Of a DNA stretch of 64,000 nt, positions 50,775 through 63,144 are shown in pieces. Within the stretch, counting starts at the first letter, position 1; each line of letters starts with the position of its first letter. The DNA is taken from the NCBI RefSeq assembly GCF_006345805.1, contig NC_043007.1, positions 53,010,001 to 53,074,000 on the forward strand. Reading direction: 5' to 3'. Position numbers and translations under genes: made by a program. The notes beneath the pieces were generated by a model, which was given only the letters and a program-made list of their open reading frames with translations, made no database searches and had not been told where the DNA came from. The DNA comes from Octopus sinensis. Taxonomy: Eukaryota.

Positions 50775-53280
50775 CTTTTACCCGTGATATCTAGGACGTG
50801 CTCCAAGGCATGGACTTCGCCAAGCAGTATGTCAACTCGATAGCTCGGAAATTGAAATTATTATGCATGCGAGGAAATCGCTTCTGTTTTTCGAGGATTC
50901 CACCTGGATTAAGAAGACTGAGGATTATCTTTTCGATGTACCGATGGGGGCATACGACGGGGCTGAATTATGTATGCTCATAGGAGCCTTTATTCTCCAT
51001 AATCTAAAAATAGAATTCCCATTTATAGATGCAGGTCTATATAGGGATGACGGCCTTATAGCCACGCATAATCTAAACGGCCATGAATCAGATAGACTTA
51101 GGAAGGACCTTATAGCTTTCTTTCAAAGGATGTGCTTACGGATTACGATAGATACTAACCTGAATAGTGTAGATTTTTTTAGACGTAAATTTTAATGTAA
51201 GATCGGATAGATTTTAAACCTTTCCGTAAGCCCAATGAAAGCTATCGTATATTAGCAAAGATTCGAACCATCCACCAGTTATCCTTAGCAACTTAGTCAG
51301 CAATGTAGGTAGAAGAATATCTTCAATTTCTTCGGACGAGGCAGCATTCCATAATGCTGCACCTTATTACGATGCGCATTAAAGAATAGTGGATTCTCGG
51401 AGAAGATCCAGTTCAACCAGCTTAATGCTAATAATAATGCTGCACGAAGAACTAGGACCAGGAAAGTTTTGTGGTTCAACCCGGCTTTCAATTTGGCCGT
51501 AAAGACTAATGTAGGTAAGGAATTTTTGAGATTAGTCCTAAGCATTTTAAGCAGGGTCATAAATTCTACAGAATATTTAATAGAAAAACCCTGAAGGTTA
51601 GCTATTCTTGTTGCAGAAATTTCGCCTCTTACATTAGCCAACATAATAGGAAGCTAAATTGAGATTAGACATGATGCCGAGCCCATTAAGAAATGTAATT
51701 TCAAAAACGAAAGCTCCTGTCCGTTAGAAGGGAAATGTCTAGTGAAAGGAGTAGTTTATAATAGCCAAGGTGCAAGTGGAAGGCTCATCGGAATACAAGA
51801 CGTAACACAGGGGCTTCAGAAAAATTCATTTAAAACAAGATTTTATTCTCATAAGAATCTTTTAAATACCCAGAGAATAGGAAGAAAACCAGCCTAGCAA
51901 AATATGTCTGGGAACTAAAAGAAAAGGAAGCTCCACCTTTCAACGTGACATGGAGCATTCTGGACAGGGCGGCACCATACAGGCATGGAGCTTACAAATT
52001 AATTTCAAGTGCGAACTTTGCCTATTAGAAAAAATGCACATCTTATCAAAGACAATAATCTTTGAAATCAAAGAAGTGAGTTAATGAACTGTATGTAGGC
52101 ACGCGGCTAAATTTAAAATGTCGAATATAATATACCATATGGATAGAGTATATATTTTGTATTTTTGATTTTGATTTTGATTTTGACTCTTGAGCGCTAC
52201 GACGGATTTATAGCAAAGTCTTATGTTTCTACATATATATTAGGAAAAACCTACAAAACTGTGTTTTCATGTTATTGTATTGCATAGATTACCTTGATTA
52301 TTTATTACCTTGATTATTTATAAATGACCCAAAATAGGATGTTATATTTTTTTATATGTCTTTCGTATATTTTTTATTAATGCACCCATTTTTTAAAAGC
52401 AATGTTTTTTTTAAAAAAGCAATGTGTCAAAATAGAATGTTTATATAAGTATGTGTATAGCAAAGCATATGTATTTGTAAGCATGCGTATCTGTGTATGT
52501 GTAAGTGAAAGTATGCTTGTGCTTAAGCACACATATACACGACAGTATGTATATGTATCAATTCAAACTTTGTTATGTATACTAGTCTCTATAGATGCCA
52601 ACCAACATCGTTACAAGTTTTTCCCCCCCCTCCTTCGTTCCTTTTCTCTCTTCTCCCTTTCTTTTCGTCCCCCTCCTTGCTCAGTATGAGAATTGCTACA
52701 TAGATGAATTTTAGCTTGCGTGTGAGACGGTTTGCGTGAATATATGTACACATGCTTTTATGTTATATTTAGATTCATATTCATACGTCTGTATATGTAT
52801 GTATGGCGTTTACGCGCATCCTTTTGTGTATGTTGATATATATATGTGATTTTAATATAAATATGTTTGCAGTATTTATAACAGGTTTAATTTCTATGCA
52901 TTAATTTGTACTGTCTTCATTAACGGCAATAGGTTTTTTCCTCGGTTTTTTCCTCGGATTTTATAATTTTTATAAGTTTTTTTATATATATATACATATA
53001 TTTTTGACCTTTTTGTTTATCGCTCGAAGATTGACCGTTTTTTCTAAAGGGCCAATCAAATAAGTCCATTTCTTTTTAAAGGTGTAGCGTTTGTAAGAGT
53101 ATAGATTGAATTAATATATAAGTTCCATTCTAGCAAAAACTGTCTGATGAACGGCAACGAGAAACTCAGAGTAACAGATTTTGTTGAAATTTCTGCTGCT
53201 TAAAATAAAGCATATTACTCTACCGCTGTATTTGAGTACTCTTTTTTCCACCTTGTTTCACATTTATGTGTTTACTCCGG
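50775..53280 (+). mobile_element. Penelope-like element 3' half (right arm of palindrome): RT C-terminal part, GIY-YIG, long 3' UTR
   Basis: FYP..., HARKSLLF, FDVPMGAYDGAE, GLYRDDGL, SNHPP, WFNPAF, KVSYSC and a GIY-YIG-type C-terminus ending at about 52145. AATAAA at about 53204; ends at (TA)n. Confidence 0.93.
53135..53182 (+). ncRNA. Minimal type I hammerhead ribozyme
   Basis: aaaaactgt-CTGATGA (53144-53150)-a cg gcaa cg a (short stem II with GNRA loop)-GAAA (53161-53164)-ctc a gag-TA-acagatttt. Stem I ctgt/acag (plus aaaa/tttt); stem III ACTC/GAGT with a 1-nt loop; GUA cleavage triplet at 53171-53173. Confidence 0.78.
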
Positions 53281-53288
53281 TATATATA

Positions 53289-53340
<52 letters not shown>

Positions 53341-53459
53341 TGTATATGTATACAGGGAATGGCAGAGGGAGCAAGAGATGCAATAGATAATATTGCTGGA
53401 TGTGCAAGTGAAGGAGTTGATGATGCGATAGTGTCGATGATGGGTGCCAGTGAGATATA

Positions 53460-53490
<31 letters not shown>

Positions 53491-53495
53491 TCCTG

Positions 53496-53870
53496 TACTT
53501 GTTTCAGTCATTTTGGTTGTGACCATGCTTGAGCACCGCCTTTAGTCAAGCAAAGCGACCCTAGGATTTATTGTTAGTAAGCCTAATACTTATTCTGTTT
53601 GTCTCTTTTGCCGGAGCGCAAAGTTACGGAAAGATAAACACACCAGCATCGGTTGTCGCTTGATGGTGGGGGACAAACACAGACACACAAACATATACAC
53701 ACATACATATATATATATATATATACATATATACGAAGGGCTTCTTTCAGTTTCGGTCTACCAAATCCACTCACAAGGCTTTGGTCGGCCCGAGGTTATA
53801 GTAGAAGACACTTGCCCAAGGTGCCACGCATTGGGACTGAACCCGGAACCATGTGGTTGGTAAGCAAGGT
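53496..53870 (-). mobile_element. tRNA-derived SINE (family of 46062-46476)
   Basis: Reverse complement matches the 46062 copy over most of its length. Confidence 0.85.
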
Positions 53871-54119
53871 ACTTTATTTCAAAAATTATGCCATAAAGGC
53901 ATGATACATCGTAGCTTGCTGGCTGAACAAACATTGATGAGCGGAATGATGGAAAGGATGATATTAATGGGAGAAGACGCTTCTTTGCTTCTCTAACACA
54001 ATATTCACTTCTTTTTTTCACAGAAAAAGACAAAACGAGGTAATACACCTTTTTGGACTAATAGTCCATTTAATAATTGGGGCGTTAAGCTTCTTAAACA
54101 CAATAACATGTAATCTTTA

Positions 54120-54357
54120 TATATATATTTCTTTACTACCCACAAGGAGCTAAACATAGAGGGGACAAACAAGGACAGACAAACGGATTAAGTCGATTAC
54201 ATCGACCCCAGTGTGTAACTGGTACTTAATTTATCGACCCCGAAAGGATGAAAGGCAAAGTCGACCTCGGCGGAATTTGAACTTGGAACGTAACGGCAGA
54301 TGAAATACGGCTACGCATTTCGCCCGGCGCGCTAACGTTTCTGCCAGCTCGCCGCCT
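54120..54357 (-). mobile_element. tRNA-derived SINE, gtgggtagtaaagaaa-tail subfamily
   Basis: Reverse complement of 34447-34680. Confidence 0.88.
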
Positions 54358-54359
54358 AA

Positions 54360-54662
54360 TCTTTATATATAAAACTGAAGTTGTGTGTGTGTCTGTCTCC
54401 TCCAATTTAGATTCCTAACTACTCCCACATATTGCGGTGCAGTTTAACCAAAAGCGGGTATCTTATAGTCGGGATTCATATCGAGCCCTTCTGGGTATTA
54501 GCGCGCATCTACGATGAGTCTACGATTTAAAAAACAATTACCATTATTTTTCCGTATCTTTAATGATTTTTTGCTCGGTTTATATAAGGGAAGTAACTCT
54601 CTAAAAATGCTTATATAGTTATTTCCCTTACAAACCTGAGCAACGCCGCGCGATACTGCTAG
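54360..54662 (+). mobile_element. Non-autonomous Helitron-like element
   Basis: Inserted between A and T (A|TC...CTAG|T). 5' end TCTTTATATATAAAA followed by (TG)n; GC-rich short hairpin gcaacgccgcgcg just before CTAG. No TSD. Confidence 0.7.
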
Positions 54663-54715
54663 TAAACATTAAACATTATACAATAAGCATTATAACACTG
54701 AGGTTTTTCAAGCTC

Positions 54716-55981
54716 TTATCCATATTCCTCCTCAACATCGCTTGTGCCCGTATACTCCGCCATCCCCCACGCCTCATTCATGACCAAGGCGGGATCCGAG
54801 CCGGTGTCGCCCGACAACAAGCGATATTCCTCATTGAGTCCCTGCAGCCTATTCGTCACGGGCAACGTTATGACCCCCACAGCTATCTGCGGAGGCCATT
54901 TGGGATCCTCTGTCAAGGTTAATGGTACTCCCTTATGGTGCTTTTCCACCACCTCTTCTACCTCTCTGTCTCTGCTGAAGAAGACCAATAGTTCCTCTTC
55001 CTCCGGGTTCAAGGTAGTCAATTCTACCGTTGGCACCCCCCCACCAACGGTGTCTCTTCCCCTGCCGGTGGCACAACCCCTACTGGCAAGGTCCGGGACA
55101 TTCCAGTGCTATGACGCTGACTGCCGGCAATGTCCCATTTCTCTTCCTCATCCTCTTTTTTCTCTCAACTGAGGAAGGGTGCATCTCCTCTGTGACCGGG
55201 AGATTCGCCTCCCCTCCTTCATCCCTAGGATCATTCGGTGAGTATACATTGTTGCTCACCTTCTTCCTTTTGCGGCCCTTCAGTGAGTAGTCCTCCGTCT
55301 CCTCGGTCGCCTTCAATCCTTCTTCTACAGAGGTCTCAATCGACTGCTCCAGGACTTTGCTTTGTTCCTGAGGTAAGTTTTTCTTTATCTGGCCAAGCTC
55401 CAGGCACCAATAACACCTTGTGGGGTGCGACCCTCAAGAATCACCGGGTACCTGCACCCGGCTATTTTCAAAAAATCTGGCATAACCAGATTTATAGCTG
55501 ATTGGGTCCACAGGGTCAAAACAGCTTTTGACCTAATCCAATCAGCCGCAGGAATAATTTTCACATTGTAGAGCCTGGCTCCGCTGCCACCCAGACCCCG
55601 ACGGATAGTATCCTCTATCCACTGGGGTTCAATTCCGGGTGGCAAACCACAGACCCAGGCCCTCATCAATTGTTTCCCACAATAAGTGGGAAGAAGCAAC
55701 ATTCCTTTACTCTCAAAGGGCTGGCTCGTAAAACTGCGAGTCTCCTCTGGGATGTCAAACAGCAACCACGCCGTTGCATATTTGACACCCCTAGAGATAT
55801 ACTTAATGGTTGGCAGATGTTCCACCAACTCCTGTTCAATCATCTGCTTGGAGAAGACGGCAATAATGTCGAGAACCTTCGAATATGTTCTCAACACCAC
55901 TGTTCTGTCCTCTTGCTGTCTGAGCCATTCCTTAGGTGGGACAATCTCCCACTCAACAATCTTATCCGTATTTTTTGCCAT
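54716..55981 (-). pseudogene. Gag-like LINE ORF1 (Tx1/L1-type) with degenerate zinc knuckle; 5' UTR extends to about 56310
   Basis: 198-aa frame (IKYISRG...LLLPTYCGK...PVILEGRTP) shifts into CYWCLELGQIKKTY, then a K/E-rich tail. Homologous to 63145-64000 and to ORF1 of the Tx1 element at about 21960-22310. Confidence 0.7.
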
Positions 55982-56859
55982 GTTTTAAATTAAAAAGTTT
56001 AAAAAATCCAAAACAATAGTTCACAAAGAAAAGAGAGAAATCAAAAGGGAAGAAGAGATAAAGCAAACAGTTCAATAAGAAGTCACAATAAAAGAAGAAA
56101 AGAACAGTTCAACAAAACAAAGCAAAAAAATCTTCTGGGCATTCAGGTACTCCAAACCTTATGGTACTCCGATTAGAACCTGAACTGCTCCACTTGAAAT
56201 ACAGCTTTCCAATTGTCTGGAACCTAGTGAAAACCCTTGTTCGAAAAAATAATAAACACTACAGACAACAGACCTCACCAAGCTCCCAAGAAGCAAATGC
56301 CTTGCCTTACATTTAGATGGTAAATCAAATATATTTTGTTAAAAACATTCCCACTTGCCCCTTCCTTACAGACAACCACATTATTTGAAGCAAGGTTGAC
56401 TTCTTGACGTTGTGCAGCAAACTCAGATGGTTTTGTTACATTGGTAACAAATTATTGGGTAGCGATGGGTTTTGTGAGAAGGTACTTGCTCAAGGTGAGA
56501 CGTAATTGTACTGAAGAGGATAGAATGGTGATGCAAAATAAACAACACAGTTGTGATCATACGTCCATCCATCTATCAAACCGTACATAAACCCACGCTA
56601 GACACATACATAAGTACACAAATACATACATGCATACATACAAAGGTAAGGACCCCCTTCAGTCCTAAAATTTTCCCCTTGGGGTACAAGTTCACCCGAG
56701 TTTGTTTATAGAAGTCAAGCAGTCGTCTATGCACACCAGTCCCTCTTCTCCACGCTGCCGATGTTATTCAAGGGAAAGGCAAAGGTCGACACAGCTTCGA
56801 AGTGGTGTTGGCTCAAATCAATTCTGCAGTTGAATGAACCGAAGCAACGTGAAATAAAG

Positions 56860-57185
56860 TATTTTTGTAGTTCGGAATGGTCATTTTGCCAGTTTAGCCA
56901 ATAAAAACACACGCACTATATATTTGGTGTTACTTTGCTTCAGTGTTATTTATTTTTTATATTAATCTTAATCTTATTTCGGCCAGAATTCTTTCGTCAC
57001 ACTCCTGTGACCGCATCAGTGGTCCTTTGCTTTCTTCTTTCTTATTTGTGTGTCTCTCCTTACTAACCGTTATTAAGATTAATGTAAAAAATAAATAACA
57101 CTGAAGCAAAGTAACGCCAAATATATAGTGCGTGTGTTTTTATTGGCTAAACTGGCAAAATGACAATTCCAAAATACAACAATAT
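56860..57185. repeat. Inverted repeat (arms of about 110 bp, 99-bp spacer)
   Basis: 56860-56972 is the reverse complement of 57072-57185 (tcattttgccagtttagccaataaaaacacacgcactatatatttgg...attaatcttaat). Confidence 0.9.
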
Positions 57186-57273
57186 CTGTTTCAACACACG
57201 ATTCCACATAAAAAATCTTCAACACACGATTTCACATAAAAAATCTTGCACAACAAATAAATAAACGTACACA

Positions 57274-57670
57274 GGCGCAGGAGTGGCTGTGTGATAAGTA
57301 GCTTGTTTACCAACCACATGGTTCCGCGTTCAGTCCCACTGCGTGGCACCTTGGACAAGTGTCTTCTACTATAGCCTTGGACCAACCAAAGCCTTGTGAG
57401 TGGATTTGGTAGACGGAAACTGAAAGAAGCCCGTCGTATATATGTATATGCGTGTGTGTGTTTGTGTCCCCCCCTAGCATTGCCTGACAACCGATGCTGG
57501 TGTGTCTGCTAAGTAACGTCCCCGTTACTTAGTGGTTCGGCAAAAGAGACCAATAGAATAAGTACTGGGCTTACAAAAGAATAAGTCCCGGGGTCGAGTT
57601 GCTCGATTAAAGGCGGTGCTCCAGCATGGCCGCAGTCAAATGACTGAAACAAGTAAAAGAGTAAAAGAGT
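57274..57670 (+). mobile_element. tRNA-derived SINE (family of 46062-46476)
   Basis: Near-identical to 46062-46476. Confidence 0.9.
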
Positions 57671-58057
57671 ACTAAGTGAAATAAAGTGTTTTGATCAAAA
57701 TCACAATACACAGCCCGGTCTGGGAATCGACCTTACTACCTTGTAATGCTGAGCCGGATGCGCTAACCACTGAACTATGCTTATTTATGTACATACATAA
57801 AGACAAACACGTTTACACATCTTTTAGTTGATACCTTTAATTGCTTCGATCTTTTAACTACGGCCATGCTGTAGCCCATTATTGGAGTCATTAGTCACAC
57901 AAATTGTTCCTAGTGTTTTGTTTTGCCTGATAATGATTCTCCCAGTATGCTTTGTCGAACCTCAATGTGAGACAGAGAGAAGGAGAGAGAGAGAGACAGA
58001 AAGAGGTTCACAAACCAAGAGCGAACATCAAACAGTTGTGTGAACAAGCACAAAATA

Positions 58058-59466
58058 CTGGGTTGTCCGGAAAGTTTGTGCCGATTTTTAAAGGAAAGAA
58101 AAAGGTCAATAAATACTTGCTATTACATTTTTAATCAACCAAATATGAACCATTTTGTTGCACAATGCGTCTCCATCTTTCCTTTAACTTGAAAATACCC
58201 TCTTCCCAGAAGTGAGGTGGTTTCATGGCAAAAAATTCATCAAGGTCAATAAATACTTGCCATTACATTTTTAATCAACCAGATATGAACCATTTTGTTG
58301 CACAATGCGTCTCCATCTTTCCTTTAACTTGAAAATACCCTTTACCCAGAATTGAGGTGGCTTCATCGCAAAGAATTCATCAAGGTATCTTTTTACGTCA
58401 TCCAAGGAATTGAAATTTTTACCATTAAGACTATTCTGCAGATACCTGAATAAGTGGAAATCTGAAGGAGCAATATCTGGTGAATATGGAGAGTGGGGTA
58501 ACACATCACAGCCGAGCTGCAGCAATTTTTGTCTGGTTCTCAAAGAAACATGAGGTCTTGCATTATCAATTTGGAAAACAACACCCTTCCTGTTGGCCAA
58601 TTCTGGATATTTCTCTTGAATTGCTGCTTCTAACTCGTCCAGTTGTGTGCAGTATTTCTCAGAATTAATTGTCTGGTTACTTGGGAGAAGCTCTTAGTAC
58701 AGAATTCCTTTCCAATCCCACCAGACACAAAGGAAGACTTTTTTAGGATGAAAACCCGCTTTTTGGGGTTGCTAAGGGTGACACATGTCACTTACTCCAG
58801 AATCGCTTTCTCTGAACATTTCAGTAGATAATCCATTTCTCATCGCCTGTCACAATTTGCTTTGAAAAAGGCGCGTTTATAAAGCGAATCACAGATGGAA
58901 ATGCGATCCAAAAGGTTCTTCTCACTCAACTCATGTGGTACCCAAACATCGAAGCAATTTGTGTACCAAAATTTACCAGGGGCTCATGAACGACAGATTT
59001 CGATAGGTTGGGGCTTTCTGCTAATTCTTGGGTTGTGCAATGTGGGTTATTCTCAATTAATAACTTGATTTGGTCATCATCTGTTGTGGATGGTCTACCT
59101 GATCGCTCTTTATCAATAAGGCTACAATCTCCAGCTCGGAACTTTGCGAACCACTTCTGTACAGTTGTTTCGGATAAAGAGACATCACCGTAAACTGTGC
59201 ATATTTCTTTGGTTGCTTGTGAGGCATTTTTCCCTTTACGGAAAAAGCATTAAGTGTCAAAAATGAACTTTTTTTATCTTCCATTTTAAAAGGTTACATG
59301 ATTAACACAAGTTATAGGAACATAAACCTTCTTCCACGAAAAGATAGCTTAAACTGTGCTGTAAATGGAAGTGTAGTCAAATCCTATTTTATGGACTCAA
59401 CCATGTTCTAAAATAAGTCGAAAGGTAAGCTACTATAAATCGGCTCGAACTTCCCGGACAACCCAA
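58058..59466 (-). mobile_element. mariner transposon, full-length but decayed, with a 140-bp internal tandem duplication
   Basis: TIRs TA|ctgggttgtccggaaagtttgtgccgattt and aaatcggctcgaacttcccggacaacccaa|TA. Transposase DNARPH...HSPYSPDIAPSDFHLF (DD34D-type spacing); N-terminus from 59284. Confidence 0.92.
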
Positions 59467-59489
59467 TACAAAGACACATTCACACTCAA

Positions 59490-59514
59490 AAATATACACA
59501 CATACATACATACA

Positions 59515-59547
<33 letters not shown>

Positions 59548-59578
59548 GCATGCATGCATACATACACACACACATACA

Positions 59579-59612
<34 letters not shown>

Positions 59613-59800
59613 CACACACATACATACATACACACACATACATACATACATACATACATACAAACATACATACATACATATATACATACACACACATACA
59701 CACATACATACATACATGTTTTGGGTGTATACGATGTATTCCTTTCAGTGACCATCTACATAATAAATAAACACACACAAAACACACACACACACAACTT
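59490..59800. repeat. (CATA)n/(CA)n microsatellite
   Basis: Read directly from the sequence. Confidence 0.95.
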
Positions 59801-59984
59801 TTTAAAGAAACTTTGTTTTCGAATCGTTACGGCGATGGAATCATTAGCATCTGAATCGAAGGGAAAGTCACATTTGTATCCACGTGCACAGGCACTAACA
59901 CAGAAACTCGCTAATGCATACAAGCATGCATCCATGTACTGATTCGTATGTGTTTGTGTGTATATATACGTGTTTGTATATGAA

Positions 59985-60830
<846 letters not shown>

Positions 60831-61086
60831 AACTTAGAAAGGTTTTGGCCAGTATTGGCCCAGGCCATGTCTAACTTAATAGCACCACCTGGCTATATAT
60901 GTATATATATATATATATATATTATATATGTACATATGTATGCATGTATGTATTTATGTTCTTTCAAATAGAACGCACCCACCCATACTTATGTGAAAAT
61001 TCACTAAAATTCCTGTTCGTGCGGTGATGCCGAATTATGCCAGACAATGAGTCTCTGTGGCTTTTGTTTAATCGTTACAGATTTGA

Positions 61087-61150
61087 TGACATCAACAGTG
61101 GTTTTCGTCCAATCAAAATGCAGCCGAGAATTGTGATGGTTTCTTATAAA
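61087..61150 (+). promoter_or_regulatory. Candidate Pol II core promoter (CRE-like TGACATCA, CCAAT, TATAAA)
   Basis: TGACATCA at 61087, CCAAT at 61109 and TATAAA at 61145-61150, about 240 bp upstream of the ATG at 61386. Confidence 0.5.
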
Positions 61151-61385
61151 TGCGACAGTCTTGGTGGAAATGTGAGAGAGCCAGGCTGATCTTCTGACAA
61201 GATTCTGGTGCTGTTACTCGCGCTTTCGCTGCTGAAGACTACTTCGGGTTGCAGGAACGATCAAAAGACAAGACGAATCCAACACTTAAACATTCTGTGT
61301 TAATCATACCTATTCCTTCTGATATTAGAAGCGGTTTGTGTCGAGAAGCGAAAGGAACACTGAAGAGAAAAGAAATATAACAGCC

Positions 61386-61795
61386 ATGAAGAGCCTCGTC
61401 CTTTTCTTATTTCTTTTCGTTGTTGGTCTTCGGGTGACTAAAGGACAGCAGTCGACTCAAGGACCGTTGGGGGCTACAGGACTGCCAGTGACTAGTGAAG
61501 GAGGGGAAGAACAAGAGAGTGCACCACTAGCAAATGATGAAGAAGATTTAGTGGGTGATGAAGACCCAGGGGACGACGAATCGCCAGGGAATGATGACGA
61601 GTCAGACGATGACGACGAGGGAGGGGACCCGGACGAGTCAGGGAATGAAGATGATTCAGAGGTACTTGATGCAATTGATGAAGAATCCGGCAGTGAAGAT
61701 GACCGGGTGACTGGAGTTCCGCCGTTTCATAACGAAACAGTTGATTCTGGTAACTCGACAACAGAAGGAGAAAGTCTTGCTGTGTTGAAATCTCG
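61386..61795 (+). CDS. First coding exon of a secreted Asp/Glu-rich protein of unknown family
   Basis: gccATG; MKSLVLFLFLFVVGLRVTKG signal-peptide-like N-terminus; 32 of 56 residues D/E in the core; sequons NET and NST. Ends at CG|gtgagt (phase-2 donor, 61796). No TE motifs. Confidence 0.75.
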
Positions 61796-62089
61796 GTGAG
61801 TTACTCTTTCATTACAAATCTCTCCACTAATTCTTCATTCAAATGGAATAACAGCACACTAAGAAAATCGATTTAGGTGTTCTTTACTTCATCTCATGAC
61901 ATCATTACTTTCATTCCCTGTTGAGTACCTACGTGATGTACTCATTTCTTTCTTTACTTACCCGATGCGACACCTACAGGCTGTCCGGACTAACTGTAAG
62001 CCTCTGTCAGTATACATCTATTTAATATCGATCTCGTCATTGTCACCCTTTATACGCAAGTTACTAGTAATTGTTAATATCTTATTCTG

Positions 62090-62393
62090 CTCTAGGCACA
62101 AGGCCCTAAATTTTGGGAGAGGGGGGGCAGTCAATTAGATCAACCCTAGTACGTAACTGGTACTTAATTTATTGACCCCGAAAGAATAAAAGGTAAAGTC
62201 GACCTCAGCGTAATCTGAACTCAGAACGTATATATTTCTTTACTACCCACAAGGGGCTAAATACAGAGGGGGCAAACAAGGACAGACAAATGGATTAAGT
62301 TGATTACATCGACCCCAGTGCGAAACTGGTGCTTAATTTATCGACCCTGAAAGGATGAAAGGCAAAGTCGACCTCGGGGTAATTTGAACTCAG
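62090..62393 (-). mobile_element. Two nested or adjacent partial tRNA-derived SINE copies
   Basis: gaccc.gaaag.at.aaagg.aaagtcgacctc at about 62175 and 62343. Both tail subfamilies are represented. Confidence 0.8.
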
Positions 62394-63144
62394 TACTCTC
62401 TCTTTACTGTTCAGTAGGCGTTGTCTAAGTGATATATGTGGCACTTAAAGACTGTCCAGACTATCTTTATGCCTCTGTCACATTTTTTCCATTTAATATC
62501 GATCTCGCTACTGTCACCCTTTATACGAAATTTACTAGTAATTATTAATGATTGATACTAGTCAATGCTCGTAGTTGTTGCTACACACACTTACAATGCT
62601 AAAGCATTGTGGGATATATACAGACAGTTCTCAAATCCACATTTTCCAAAATCTGCTTAACCAATCGTTTCCGACGCTAATCACTCCAGCTTTACTCGCG
62701 GCAACATTTACAATATGCTCGTTAAGGTTTTTTTCTTTTTCTATTATAACATATTATAACCCACCCTTAGTGGTTAGCCATATTGAGATAGCTATTATAC
62801 TTTACGTTGTCGAGCAGTTACTGTTTACATCTCATTCAGAGATTTATTATTGCTTGCAAACAGTTTTTCGAAATCAGTGACGGAAGTTACTAGAAAAATC
62901 CATAAGTATTTGCAAACAGGTCTTCCTTTTCATCACAAACCGGTGTTTTGACTCGTCTAGGGACCCCTCTTTCATCTGCGTATTGAGAAGTTAGCTGCCT
63001 ATTTTGTTGAGTGAGTTCGTTTTTTGTTCGTCGTTGTTTATGTTTGCTCGTGAATTGAACAGTTGCCCGGGGCTGAAAATTCTGTTATTACCTTCGGGGT
63101 AATTTTTTTTTTTTATTGAAAGATTGGTTCTCATAATTTGGGAA

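Noticed and set aside
61880-62540. Short diverged duplication (about 61990-62070 versus 62470-62550) in the intron of the acidic-protein gene as possible repeated exons
   Set aside because: No splice signals or consistent open frame; it looks like an intronic duplication around SINE insertions.
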